From: Octopus vulgaris | Taxonomy: Eukaryota | Assembly (NCBI GenBank): GCA_951406725.2 | Contig: OX597828.1 | Location: 76,136,001 to 76,200,000 of the forward strand | DNA: 64,000 bases | Reading direction: 5' to 3' | Shown: positions 1 through 15,404 of the stretch, piece by piece | How the letters are laid out: each line of letters starts with the position of its first letter | Numbering within the stretch: the stretch's first letter is position 1 | Made by a program: the position numbers and the translations under genes | The notes under the pieces: model-generated | Databases searched by the model: none | What the model was told of the DNA's origin: nothing | The model's input: only the letters and a program-made list of their open reading frames with translations

Positions 1-803
1 CACAGATATAGTTGGTATACATACATTCTATCGATATTGCGATGTTGATAGCATGTATACAACCTCTTAGTAGAAATCAGTCGGTAAGCACACCGAAAAT
101 ATATGCAAAGATATTACCGTAGCAGCTTCTCCGTTCTTTCCGAGCGTCAAGCAAAAATACCTGCTTGTGTTGGGAGGCACTGAAGTTGAGGAAACAGACT
201 TAACCACTACAGAAGTTTTGATTTCTTTCATCTCTCAATTTCCTAGTTGCTTGCTTACACAGACACACATAGACATAACCCCCCCTAACACACACACGAA
301 TCACAGACAGACAGACACATACACACAGAATATTTTAGCGTAATAAAATGGTTAAGAAGTACTGAAACGTGAAAAATGAAGTGGTTTTGTCACGTAGCCC
401 AACATATCAGTAATTCTCGTGAATATTGTCAGAGAAACCATTTACGGAGGAGCAATAGCAAAACTAGAGATAAAGGTGGAGATAAATAAGATGAGGGAAG
501 TTGGGGAAAATACATAACGATGGTTGAAGGATGGGAGAGCGCGGGAAGGTATCCTTTGTTCTTGTAAAAAATTTGCCAACAACCGTGCGTGTGTTTTGTT
601 GGCCCTATGACCCTTCTAAGATAGAAATGTTACAACACATAATGTCACAACATGGAAAAAAAAAAGAAAATTATGTGTGCGTTTATTTCTGTGTATGGAT
701 ATGTGCGTGATTTAGTTATTTTTGTGTGTTTAAGAATACAGCATTTTTTAAGTTCCTTCTTTTTGCAGGGATTCGGTTGACAACTTAGTTAGAGAGAGAG
801 AGA

Positions 804-855
<52 letters not shown>

Positions 856-874
856 ATCAATGAGGTGCATCAAT

Positions 875-1030
875 TTGCTAGAGATAGCAGTGAAATCACT
901 CCCTGATCACGTTTTACCACCTTAAATAAAGAAATAATAGGTGAAATAATGTAGTCGTAGACTCTAAAATTACAGGGTGGTCATGACTGGAATGCTTTTC
1001 CTCATAATTTTGACCTGGAAATAAACAACA
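875..1030 (+). repeat. Old interspersed repeat family (related copies ~1160-1315, ~2725-2885, ~20780-20960, ~37500-37670)
   Basis: The copies share a degenerate order of motifs: (gctagagatagcag)..cacattgg..ggtca(c/t)g(a/g)ctgga..gacctgg..aaacaac. Confidence 0.5.
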
Positions 1031-1518
1031 AGAGCACTACAGCCAATAATATTATGCATTATCTCGTCTTGTGTAGTAATAAAGTAAATGTCCGCCGTCT
1101 TTGTTATATTCTTTCCACCAGCAATCGCACAACTTTCTTATGGTTAAGTATTCTAAACGTAACAGCTAAATGACAATCCACCCTATTGAAAAGGGAGGGT
1201 CACATTGGGTTATGCATTTCAAGAGGTGTAATGCACAAGAATGGTGGAATTGTCACAACTGAAATACATTTGTCTATTGGTCTGTTCAGTGAGAACTGGA
1301 CTGGTGCTACAACAACCACCACAGCAAAAAACATGTTAAAGCGCAATAACTAGAAAGGTAAGACATGCTAATCCACCCACCCCATAATTAAGCCAATTCA
1401 ACAATCCCCAACCTCTCTATAAACTACTTTCTTCTACTCGACGCACTCTCTATGATTCCGGAATTCACCATTATTTCGACTTTCCTTAAGTTGATCTATA
1501 ACACCCAGAACCACCTCG

Positions 1519-1568
<50 letters not shown>

Positions 1569-1998
1569 TGTTGTGGTTCCGTAGAGAAAATCCAGTCACT
1601 GTATGTTGGTTCTATGATATAATATAATGTATTGGATACAGAATGTTGTTGTATATTATAACTGTTACCTGCTCCCTTCCTTCCTTATTTTATTAATCCA
1701 ATTCCATAATAGCTGGTTGGGCTGTTGGAAGTTGGTACACGTGTTGCGAATATGGCGACGGCTTTTCTTTGATAACGTTCTCAGTAATTCAAATGATGTT
1801 CCCAGAGTGTTTTCTATGCTTTCGAAATAATCATTTCCTTATTCTCATTCTATAGATATCCATATACGTTTACGTACATACTCCCATCTAAATACTCACG
1901 CACCCACATCCTCACACCCACACACACATACATACGTATACACACGCAAATATATGCATATATGTATATATATATATTTATTTATATACATATTCATG

Positions 1999-2069
<71 letters not shown>

Positions 2070-2108
2070 TCATATACATATTCATATTTACATACATACG
2101 TTAATCTA

Positions 2109-2153
<45 letters not shown>

Positions 2154-2209
2154 GCATATTCACACACATATACATATATATACCTAAATGCATACACGTA
2201 TACAAGCCT

Positions 2210-2247
<38 letters not shown>

Positions 2248-3175
2248 GTATATGTATATTCGCACACGCACACACATGCACACATGCATTGGCTTACGTT
2301 CTACCATAACTAAACACCAATAAAATACAGAAATTACCCATCTCCAGTATGACATCTCCATAATGGAGACGAAAATCATTCTTTGACGTATTTGTATAGC
2401 ACCATTTTGTATTGTGAAAGTTCTATGTACGTCTTTCTCGAAAAAGCATTTTTGGGAGGGGTTTTGTTTTATTTTCCTTTAATATCTTCTGTCAACTGCT
2501 TGACAATACTGAGAGAGAAGAGCACCAGAGGCAGCCATGTTTATAAGCATATAATTTTCACTGATTGAAGGAGATAAATGATGGTTGCTGTTATCTGCTC
2601 ATCCCTGTTTCATCTGTATGAAATACACTACATTAGCATGATTATTAGGTCAAAAGGTAATAACCACTGTGTCTACGAAGACCGGGAACGCAGGAAGAAA
2701 GTAATAATCACCCGACCTGATGAAGAACCTTCAAATGACACCTTAGTGTATTTATGAAAGGAACAGGGCTCATTGGATAAACAAAGGCATGATATATTTT
2801 GTGGATACGGTCAAGGTGGTCCCGGCTGGATGTTTCTTTTTGTCATAAGATTTGCTTGATTACAGTTGAACTGGGGATGCAAATGTAGACGACAATATCA
2901 ATAATATCGGTAGCGATGAAAACAACGGCTACAACGCCGACAGAGATTTCATGAGGAACACGAATGGGATCTTAGGTGGGGATTGTACTCCCCATGGTAA
3001 CATGCGAAATTTAACACTGAGGTTTATTCAGTCTTAAAACCTATCATTCCTTCGAATACAAATAATGATCATAATAATGCTGGTGACCATAATGATGACG
3101 ATGGTAATAATGATAAAAATAATAACAACAACAACAGCAACAATAAAAAAAATACTACTACTACTACTACTACTG

Positions 3176-3261
<86 letters not shown>

Positions 3262-3314
3262 TATAATAATAACAATAATAATAATAATAGATAGGCCTCA
3301 AATTATAATAATAA

Positions 3315-3473
3315 CTCTTTCTACCCAGTGCGTAACTGGTACTTATTTAATCGACCCCCAAAGGATTAAAGATAAAGTCGACCTCGGCGGAATTTGAACT
3401 CGGAACGTAGCGGCAGAATAAATATTGCTACGCATTTCGCCCAGCGTGCGAAAGATTGTGGCAGGTAGCTGCC

Positions 3474-3474
<1 letters not shown>
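3315..3474 (-). mobile_element. SINE family A copy inside (AAT)n
   Basis: ccagtgcgtaactggtacttatttaatcgacc...gtcgacctcggcggaatttgaactc is the reverse complement of family A. Confidence 0.8.
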
Positions 3475-3550
<76 letters not shown>

Positions 3551-3551
3551 C

Positions 3552-3592
<41 letters not shown>

Positions 3593-3593
3593 C

Positions 3594-3656
<63 letters not shown>

Positions 3657-3744
3657 TTGATGATAATAATAATGATAATAATAATAATAATAACAACAAC
3701 AACAACAACAACAATAATAATAATTATCATTATTATTATTATTA

Positions 3745-3816
<72 letters not shown>
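3475..3816. repeat. (AAT)n followed directly by (ATT)n microsatellite
   Basis: Read directly from the sequence. Confidence 0.95.
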
Positions 3817-3817
<1 letters not shown>

Positions 3818-4381
3818 CAATTGACCTCCCAAATTTGAAACCAATAATGATAATAATTATAATAACGACGATTATGATGATGATAAGGATGATGATGAGG
3901 AGGAGGTTGGTGGTGATGATGACGACGACGACGACGGCGAAGACGACAGAGGAAATGGATTCGGTTGAGCTCAACGTGGATCTAACCAGATTACGTTATT
4001 TCATACCAGGTTACAAAATACAAAAAAAAAGAAATATATATAAATACATAAATATACAAAAATCAAAGAGAAACAAGAGCAACACAAAGAACAATAAAAA
4101 CAAACCGTGAAGTGTTGGAATCAATCGAATATTTAAACTGCAATCATAAAACAGCCATATACACCCGTATATACACCCGTATACACATAATTACAGGCAC
4201 CTATACAAATATCTGAACACGAATGGAAACACACACACAACATACATCCGTAAACACACTTACACACACTGACAGACACACACACATACGCTTACATACG
4301 CAAATATATATGTATATATATATATATATATGTATATGTATATGTATATATATACATATATACACATGTATATATATATAC

Positions 4382-4421
<40 letters not shown>

Positions 4422-4441
4422 TTTCTGCTGCTTAAAATAAA

Positions 4442-4492
<51 letters not shown>

Positions 4493-4580
4493 TACCCATC
4501 TGTATGTGCGTTTAAAGGGTTTTGCTTAACGTCCTTTCATGTTTCGAATGGAATGTTGTAAAGTGTGTGTGTGTGTGTGA

Positions 4581-4641
<61 letters not shown>

Positions 4642-4953
4642 CATGTGTGTGTGTGTGTGTTTTACGATTTACGTTTATATTTTTGCTCCATTCTGAAAAA
4701 GCCTTCAACAGAGAAGCAGTAAATACTAAAGTGTTATCATTGTGAAATTATATTTTATCGTTGCACTTCAATAAAATAGCCAAGAAATAAGAAAAATAAT
4801 ATTGAAAACAAAAACAAAACAAAAACAAAACCAAAAAAAGCAAAAAGAGCGATGCTTTCTAGAATGTTCCCTTTGCCGTCACGCAAACCATTTTCTAATT
4901 TTCCCTATTGTGTCTAGATTTCTACGAATGCCAATATCTCTGAAGGGTTGGCA

Positions 4954-5024
<71 letters not shown>

Positions 5025-5128
5025 CATGTATGGATGTATGTGTATGTGTGTTCTTTTGATTGTGCGTGCTTCTGTGTTTTGTGATTGTGTGTGTGTGTGC
5101 GCTGGCTTGGGAGTATGTGGTTGAATGT

Positions 5129-5186
<58 letters not shown>

Positions 5187-5222
5187 CATTAGATGTGTTT
5201 GGGATTACATGTGATCGTTTCT

Positions 5223-5310
5223 GTGTGTGTGTGTGAGCGGGTGGCAATAAGTGTGTGTGTGTGAGCGGGTGGCAATAAGTGTGTGTGTGTGAGCGGGTGG
5301 CAATAAGTGT
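5223..5310. repeat. 28-bp tandem repeat x3
   Basis: gtgtgtgtgtgtgagcgggtggcaataa repeated three times. Confidence 0.9.
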
Positions 5311-5685
5311 GTTTGCTATATTTCTACGAATGCTAATGTATTTTTATTGTTTGAGTGAGGTGTATCTATTCACACGTGTGTGTGCGTGCGTGTGTATACG
5401 TACAGGTGTGTGTGTGTGTTCATGTGTGTGCATGTGACTGTGCGCTTGTGTCTGTGTCACTACCTGTGTTTGTTTCTGTGCGTGTGTGCAAATGGCAATA
5501 TTTCTCTATATGTTTCAGAACGTGTGTGTGCTTGCGTATATGTGAATGTGTGTGGATACGCGTGTAGATGTGTGTGAGCATTCGTGTGTATTTATACGCA
5601 TGTCTATGTATATATTTGATATTTCTACAAGTGTCAAAATATCTATGTACTTGGTAATGCGTGTATTTGTGACTGCGCATTACTT

Positions 5686-5775
<90 letters not shown>

Positions 5776-6232
5776 TGTTTTTGCGTAGGCTTCTGTACTT
5801 CATTATGTGCATATGAATAATTTTTACGAATTCCAATATCTTTGTGCGACGGAGCTATATGTGTTGAACAGTCGAATGCGCATGTGCAGGCATATAAGCT
5901 TTACGTATCTGTGTGATTATTGAATTGATTCTCTGAGTTTAGGTGCCATTTTTGTATGTAGTTATAGCACTGAGCATGTGTACGTCGGAGTGTGTGTTTA
6001 TGCGCTTGAGTCTGTATCTGTATGTGCGAAGGTGTATGAATACATCTCAATGACTGTTCTTTATTCCTTACATGTGCTGATAAATTATCTCACGATATAT
6101 ACAGACGCAGATATGCATATATGTATCTATGTAATGTATCTATGTAATGTATGTATGTATGTATAAATATATATATGTATGTATAAATATATATATGTAT
6201 GTATACATATATACACATATAAAATGCTTCAA

Positions 6233-6397
<165 letters not shown>

Positions 6398-6542
6398 GAA
6401 ACATAAATATACTTGTATACAGCTATACATTAACGCATATAATCATATTATTGTTATTCTTCTTCTTGTTCTATTTCTGCTTGTTTTATTTATTATTATT
6501 ATTATTACAATTATTATCATTATTATTACTGTAAGCTGTAGT

Positions 6543-6640
<98 letters not shown>

Positions 6641-6951
6641 CTGCATTCGTAGTGTTAGTGTGACAATAGAATACTCCTAATGGATGGCGGGAAAAAGTCA
6701 GTATTCATTGGTTTGTAGCAAATTCTATACAATGATGATTTAAACGGCAGCAGACGGTCTTTTGAAGATCCAGATATCCATTCTCCTATAATATATTGAA
6801 CGTTAAAAGCCGTTCTGTATCTCAATATTTCTCTATGATATTTAGAGAGATAGTTAGAGGGGGAGACAGTGGGGGGGGGGGAGAAAGGGGAGAAAGGGGA
6901 GAAAGGGAGGAGAGAGAGATAAAGAGCCCCCGAAGAGAAAAGACGATATAC

Positions 6952-7071
<120 letters not shown>

Positions 7072-7221
7072 ATGCATGTATATATATATAAGTATATATG
7101 AATACATACATATATATATGAATACATACATACGTATATATATATATGTATATATGTATGTATATGTATATGTATGTATATGTATATGATGTATATACGA
7201 ATATAGATATACATAAATATA

Positions 7222-7329
<108 letters not shown>

Positions 7330-7476
7330 TGGATAGAGAAAGAGAGAGATATATGTTTATATACATATACACACACACGCACCAAATGAGACGGAAGAGG
7401 GAGGTATGCCATTTGGCATAGAAAGAATGTTAGCGAGATATAGGGAGTGAGAGATTGAGATATATATATATATATA

Positions 7477-7599
<123 letters not shown>

Positions 7600-7972
7600 C
7601 ATAGATAGAGAGGTGGATAGAAGGATAGATAGATCAATAGACAGAGAGAAAGAAAGCTAGATAGACAGACAGATAGATAAAGAGAGGGAGGCAAAGAGAG
7701 TTGGAGGTAGGAAGAAAGGGAGACCAACTCATTTCAGGTGGGGAAGGCAGACGATAGAAGTATAATAAAATAATTAAAGAGGGAAAGTGTGAGGAAGTGG
7801 AGAGGGTGAGGGAGGCGATATAATGTGGATCCTATGAATATTATTGAATCCAGCGACAATTTTGCTGATATTCCATTACTGGTCATTGGAATCGTATATC
7901 TATATGTCTACAGATCAATAGATCGATACATCGATAATATAGAGACACGTACACATACGCGTGCGTATACAT

Positions 7973-8005
<33 letters not shown>

Positions 8006-8064
8006 ATCGCCTACGCACATTCAAGCAGATACATCACAGACGTGTCTGTATACATAAATATATA

Positions 8065-8122
<58 letters not shown>

Positions 8123-8361
8123 TGTATATATATATATCGGTATATATATATACATATACATGCATGTAAATATGTATGTATGTATGCCTATATATAGATA
8201 CACGCACACACACATACACACATATATATATATGTATATGAATATATAAAGGTGTATATACTCGTATATATATATGTATATACACACATATATATGTATA
8301 TATATGAATATATATGTACTGTATATATATATATATCTATGCATATATATATATATATATT

Positions 8362-8439
<78 letters not shown>

Positions 8440-8627
8440 TATATATACACAACCCCACCCACACTCACACGCACTCTGCGTAAAAGAGCACGTAGGTGGT
8501 ATATACAAAAGCGACATGCAAGGAAGTAAAAATAAATCTGGAGCTTAAACTTGTTACTCTGAGTAGGAGTTGAGAGTTGTACGAGTACTCTGCATACGTA
8601 CATCAATACAGTCATACATGCATGCAT

Positions 8628-8660
<33 letters not shown>

Positions 8661-8662
8661 TG

Positions 8663-8707
<45 letters not shown>

Positions 8708-9077
8708 CGGGATATATATGTGTAGATGTGTGTGTTTCTGACTATTTTCATATATATTTATTATTTTTATTTCCCCCCATTATTATTCATTTATTTTTTT
8801 TATATATTTATTTGTCAATCTATTGCAATCTATTGAATGGGAATCACAACGACTGTATTTTGAAGACATGCGAACATATCGATTGTATAGCGTTTGATTT
8901 GGAAATGCCAGCCGATTCCTTTAAACGCTATCACCGCGATTTACCAGAACAGTTAACAATGGCATTGATGTAGATTACGGTTGCTTCTTGCATCCATACA
9001 GATGCAAGCTTCGCCTCCGTTCATATTTGTCAGAAGAAGCGTGAGTAATGGAGTTTCCCTGTGTGCCTATGGAAGAA

Positions 9078-9136
<59 letters not shown>

Positions 9137-9240
9137 CATATGTGTGTGTGTGTGTATGTGCGTGTGTATTTCTGTACACATATATATATGTATCTGTCTG
9201 TCCGTCTGTCTGTCTCTGTCTATGTGTGTGTGTATATATA

Positions 9241-9294
<54 letters not shown>

Positions 9295-9369
9295 CATATA
9301 TATATATGCATATATATATATATATTCATGCATATATATACGTATATATATATACATATATATATACAC

Positions 9370-9403
<34 letters not shown>

Positions 9404-9447
9404 TTGATTAATAATTAATTAATTTTACCCTCAATTGTTGAAATATA

Positions 9448-9850
<403 letters not shown>

Positions 9851-10393
9851 CACACACACGCACACACACGCACACGCACACACACACACACACATATATA
9901 TATAGCGAGAGAGAGAAAGAGAAAGAGAAAGAGAGAGAGAAAAAGAGAGAGAGAAAGAGAAGTAGGGAGAGAGAAAGAGACAGACAGACACTCAGGCAGA
10001 CAGAGCTCAAAATTAGTTGTTGGTCACTTCATCCTTGTATTGACACCAATGTTTTCTTGGACTATTTCCCCCTTCTCTCCGGACTCTTCGTCACTCCTCT
10101 ACCTGGTCAAAAACCTGACGCGCTCACTCTGTTTTTTCCCCTCTTAAACTAGGCGTCACCTTGATGCATTCCATATATACATTCTTTTTGAACGTCAGTT
10201 GTTTTGCTTTAGTTTTTTTCTTTTCATCAGCATTGGATGTACAAATCTTCGTATATTTCGCATTACTCTAAGGCTTAAAAAATGTAGGGGGAAGTTTTGA
10301 TGCTATCATCGCGCGAACTTCATCAAAAGGATGCTAGAAGGAAAATAAAATATGAGAGAAAGAGTGAAAACTAGTCGTAAAACAACATACTCA

Positions 10394-10427
<34 letters not shown>

Positions 10428-10440
10428 TCTATATATCTAT

Positions 10441-10525
<85 letters not shown>

Positions 10526-10578
10526 TATATATATATATATCTGTATATACTTTATTCAAAAGCAGCAGAAAATTCAAC

Positions 10579-10626
10579 AAAACCTGTTACTCTGAGTTTC
10601 ACGTTCCCGTTCGTCAGACAGTTTTT
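10579..10626 (-). ncRNA. Type I hammerhead ribozyme (canonical core) in a ~90-bp insert within (TA)n
   Basis: Minus strand reads aaaaactgt-CTGACGA-acg(ggaa)cgt-GAAA-ct(cag)ag-TA-acaggtttt. Stem I is ctgt/acag (plus aaaa/tttt), stem II is acg/cgt and stem III is act/agt. The CUGANGA and GAAA boxes and a GUA cleavage triplet are all present. Folded by eye. Confidence 0.85.
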
Positions 10627-10642
10627 GCTAGAATATATATAT

Positions 10643-10986
10643 AGTAAAGTAAAGACCCCCTTCGGTCATGAATGACCATGGGATTGCACCTAGAAAGTTA
10701 CCCTCCTAGACACAAGTCCGGACAAGGTTGTTTATGGAAGACCAGCAGTCGCCCATGCATACCAGCCTCCCCTCTCCACGCCACCAGTGTTATCCAAGGG
10801 AAAGACAAAGGTCGATACCGCTTGGCACCAGTGACGTCGCAACTCATTTCTACAGCTGAGTGAACTGGAGCAACGTGAAATAAAGTGCCTTGCTCAAGAA
10901 CATAACACGCAGCCCGGTCCGGGATTCGAGCTCACAACATCACGATCGTAAGCTCGACGCTCTAACCACTGAGCCATGCGTCTTCA
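10643..10986 (-). mobile_element. tRNA-derived SINE family C (Meta/MESC-like core)
   Basis: Minus strand has A-box tggctcagtggttagagc, B-box-like gagctcgaatccc, core gttcttgagcaaggcactttatttcacgttgctccagttcactcagctgt, and a (TTTAC) tail. Confidence 0.8.
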
Positions 10987-11015
10987 CATATATACTTCTA
11001 TACATGCACGGCAAT

Positions 11016-11105
<90 letters not shown>

Positions 11106-11357
11106 TGTATGTATGTATGTATATATGTATACACACAAACTCTTCTCTTTGTTCACAGTTTATCTCGTCTTCTTTTTATCGTATATTTTTTTCGTTCTTT
11201 CTGTCTCGTTTTTTTCTTCCTAAGAATACACCCATTTTGTTTTTTGAGAGTGAAAGATTACACAAGAGTACACGGCGCGTCGTACAAGTTCGTGTAACTA
11301 TTATGTTGTCAAATCAATTTTAAAAGTCTATTGTAGATTAGTAGTTCACATACTATA

Positions 11358-11400
<43 letters not shown>

Positions 11401-11427
11401 TTTTCTGTGCTTGGCATTACATTGAAT

Positions 11428-12330
11428 ATAGAGCAACAAAACGAACATTATCGGCATCTCATGCTTGTTTATTTTGAAGAATGTCAAAAAAGCGGTGGGA
11501 ACCTGCAAGAAGATATGTACTGTTTACGCAGATGATGGTTCACCATGCAGCTCGCTCTTGCCGGCCAACTGAAATTAACAATCACACCAACACCTTTTAC
11601 ACGACCAGGATGATCCAGATATTCTCTAAGTATCCAAATCGAGTGTTGAAAACCATCTTCGTCCTCCTGAATACGTCAGCAGAGTCGATGCGTCACACAT
11701 TAGTTGAATGCAGATGATTTCGCTTCGTGACAGAAGAGTAAAGGAAACATTCGTTTTCTTTATGAAAATGGAGACAGGGAAAGAGAAATTGATCGCCTAT
11801 AAAAAATATGAAACACAAACCATCATAGGGGAAATGCAGCGAACCACCAACAAAAACAAAAATAAAAATACTTCCAAAGGAGATCCTCACCGGAAGGCTA
11901 TGCTTTCACCTTGGGATTGGGATGGGAAGGGCTTTCCTTTTAAGACCCTCATCTCACGGACATGACCGTCAACTCGGGTATATATTGGGACTAGATGGAT
12001 AAATTAAATGAATTGGTGCCCTAGAGGTCGCCATCACTTGATACTCATGAGGGCACTCTCTCTCATCACGGCAATTCCTGATAGCACACATCTTTGCAGA
12101 GGCGGTAGTAGTTACTTGCGTTTCTCTTGGAACTTTTGACCAACTCTCCATATTCGTCTGATCTTGCGCCTTCAGATTTCCACCTGTTCCATTCGCATCG
12201 AATTTCATTCAAAGGACACACCTTCGGCACTGAAGTAGATGTAAAACAGAACACCTGGAAGAATTTTACACTAGTAGAGGTAGAAAATTCACCGCGCAGG
12301 AGATAATGGGTCTGCACTCATTGGAGCCTC
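11428..12330 (+). mobile_element. Decayed near full-length mariner transposase pseudogene
   Basis: Frameshifted translation gives EQQNEHYRHLMLVYF..KKICTVYADD, ARSCRP, SKSSVENHL, TGKEKLIAY (TGDEKW-like), KAMLSPWDWDGKG, HHGNS (HHDNA-like) and SPYSSDLAPSDFHLF. TIRs were not recognised. Confidence 0.8.
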
Positions 12331-12617
12331 CCCCCCACCAAACAAAAGAAACAAAGGGAAGGCAATAACGAAGCGTTAAGTACATCCTTGATTGAATAAA
12401 TCGCTCTTTGCCTAAAGAGACGGAACTCTTGATGCGATATTGAATTCAGTCATTTCATTGCATATCCACGCACAATCCCATACATGTATGTATGTATGTA
12501 TGTATGTATGTATGTATGTATGTATGTATGTATGTATGTATGTATGTATGTATGTATGTATGTATGTATGTATGTATGTATGTATGTATATATATATATA
12601 TATATATATATACAAAA

Positions 12618-13050
12618 CTTAGATAGAATTTAGATATGTTTCGACCAAAGATTGGTCCATGTCATGTCTAACTTAATAGAACCACCTATTAGGATTATCT
12701 AAAGCCTTTTAAAGTCAAATTTTGTGGTATAATGGCCACTCGAGAAGGGAGTTCTTGTTTAGTGAGTTATGTCCAGGAAAGGTGACTTATATGGTATTCT
12801 TTCAAGAAATTTGTCCAGATTCCGTTTAAAGGTAAAGGGATCCTTTTCCTCTTTGATCTGTTTTGGGACAACTTTAAATAGGGCAGGGCCTGTTGCGGAA
12901 AAGAACTTGTGTTGCAGTGTATTTGTGTGTTGTGATCCTGAATTAGGTAGGGGACGTATAGCCCGTGGTCCTAGCCTGGGATGAATTTTGAAGCTAACCT
13001 AAGGTCGTTTGGGCAATGCTGGCAGTATATTCTCAACATCGTTCAAATAT
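12618..13050 (-). mobile_element. 3' fragment of a second, divergent CR1-like LINE family
   Basis: Minus translation gives FKIHPRLGPRAIRPLP..FFSATGPALFKVVPKQIKEEKDPFTFKRNLDKFLERIP, which is a CR1-type C-terminus. The 3' UTR is catg-gacca(atctt)tggtc-gaaac plus a tail. Confidence 0.75.
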
Positions 13051-13059
13051 ATGTAAGTA

Positions 13060-14148
13060 TCCTTAAATCTTTAAATCCTTAAAAATGTTTTAACCCGAAT
13101 GCCACGGCTATGCTGGGGCACCACCGTTGAATGAGCTACACTAATATGTGAATCCACCTCTGATACGTGGCACTTGATCAACAAGGGAGTTCGATGCTGC
13201 TGCCCGCATCTGCGTCTCCTGTCGTGAGGTAGGTTCATCTGAGACCCCCGACAAGAAGAAATCCAATTTAGTTTTAAAGAAACCCACATCCACAACATGC
13301 AAGTCTCTCAGGCATTTAGGGAGGATGTTAAAGAGCTGTGGTCCTCTGAAACCCAAGCTGTTGCAGTATCTGGTCCTGTATTTTGATGGTGATGTTGGAA
13401 TCTTTGGCACCATGCAGTGGCGCTCCGTTCTGCGGTTGGGGTAACTTTGAATGCCAAAGTTTAGGACAAGACCTTTCAGGATTTTCCAGATGTATATCAC
13501 CGCATATCTCTCCCGCCTTCGCTCTAGGGAGAAGAGTTTTAATACTTTCAGTCTTTCCCAGTAGCTGATATATTGCATTGAGACGATCTTCTTTGTGTAG
13601 CTTCTTTGAATTGCTTCGTGTTCTGCTGTTAGTTTTATATTGTGTGGTGACCATAGTTGGGAGCAGTAGGCCAAGCGGCTGAGGACGAAAGTTTTCCAGA
13701 GGACCATCAGTGTCTCCTTCTCTCTTGTTCTGAAAGTTCGGAGAATCCATCCAGCTAGCCGTCTGCATTTTATCACCAGATTAGTAATATGCACTTGGAA
13801 AGATGCATCATTGCTCATGTCAATGCCCAGGTGACGCACTGATTTTGACTCAGGGATTGCAATTCTTCCCGGGCCATTGTATCCAGTCTGCATGTCGTTT
13901 ACCTTTGAGTGCCTGTAGCGCAGGGCCTGGAACTTACCTGCGTTAAACTGCACGTTGTTGTCCTCAGCACACCTGTATATTGTATCCAACTCCTGTTGCA
14001 GATGCGCAATATTTTCAGGGTTTTGTATTGCGTGGGAGACTTTTGTGTCATCTGCATAGCTAGCAAGGGTGGCCATCTTAGCAACTGAGGGCATGTCTGA
14101 AATTGCCACTATGAACAGTAGTGGCCTCAAGACAGTGCCCTGTGGAAC
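13060..14148 (-). mobile_element. 5'-truncated CR1-like LINE; uninterrupted RT C-terminal frame 13141-14148
   Basis: ORF has VPQGTVLRPLLF, YADDTK, QFNAGKF, LERRRER and FKTKLDFFL motifs. The 3' UTR has a stem-loop and a short-repeat tail. The first residues of the predicted ORF are only (TATG)n translation. Confidence 0.92.
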
Positions 14149-14157
14149 ATACATACA

Positions 14158-14209
<52 letters not shown>

Positions 14210-15157
14210 TGTTTAAGTGTATGTGAGAGTATACAAGCCTATGAAGATGCGTCAACAGGCGTATGTTAATGTGACTACAGGTATATATAGATATATACGT
14301 AAGACTGTTTACATATGTGTGTGCCGATGTATACATAGCAATATACCCTGGATTGTGTGATTCTGTCGGTGTGAGTACGTACACGAGCGTGTCAAGTCCG
14401 AATTCATGAGTGCACAAGTACTGTAAATATGTCAGCCAGATGAAGTGGAACGCACCACAGAATTTATGACTCGTCAACAACAGGTATCATATCACTGGCC
14501 GGTACTAGATACCGGAGTTATTAATACCCGCTTCATTCTTTGTACGAGAGCATGTGCACCAGACCACGCTTGTGTGTGTGCTTGCATGTGAATGTCCGTT
14601 TGTACGATCGAGTGCATGTGCACCAGACCATGTATATGTGACCGTTTGTATATCCATATCTACTAACGGTTGTGCGTAATCATATTTTCTCTGTATTGTG
14701 TATTTATTTCTTTTTCTATCTCATATTTTTTTAATGTATCTCCTATAAGAATGAAGCGTGTTCGTTTATTTGCTCTTTTCTATATACGAAGACAAAGAAG
14801 ACAACGTCCCGCGCCAAGTTGTGCGTCACAGAGATTATTTTAACGAGATGCCTCTCGAAATCACTTGCGGAAACACATCTACACCGAGTGATACATCTAA
14901 ACCGGTTGTACAATATCCTATCCTCGAGGGATCGATACTAGATGGGTCAAAGCAATTGTAGTAATCAATCATCTTCCGAACACACTAAGACAGGGAACGT
15001 CTTCATTGGCAAACTACCAGGTGTATACCATACGATTTATCAAATACTAAGTATATATATATATATATATATATATTTGTAAAAAAATGAAGTTCGAAAA
15101 TGCTGCTGTATTATACAATTTTTAATTTTTATATATACATTATAACATGTTTCAGTT

Positions 15158-15219
<62 letters not shown>

Positions 15220-15229
15220 CATACATACA

Positions 15230-15265
<36 letters not shown>

Positions 15266-15276
15266 TATATGTGTGC

Positions 15277-15404
<128 letters not shown>

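Noticed and set aside
2717-2740. CTGATGA box
   Set aside because: No GAAA box or stems I/III. It lies at the edge of an old interspersed repeat.
5223-5310. Short repeats as a possible CRISPR-like array
   Set aside because: The units are contiguous with no unique spacers, and the context is eukaryotic.
8547-8564. aaacttgttactctgagt similar to the 10.58-kb hammerhead flank
   Set aside because: Only ~18 bp, and the catalytic boxes are missing.
12638-12670. Hairpin followed by GAAAC that looks like a hammerhead 3' half
   Set aside because: It lacks CUGANGA and is better explained as the CR1-like LINE 3' recognition stem-loop.
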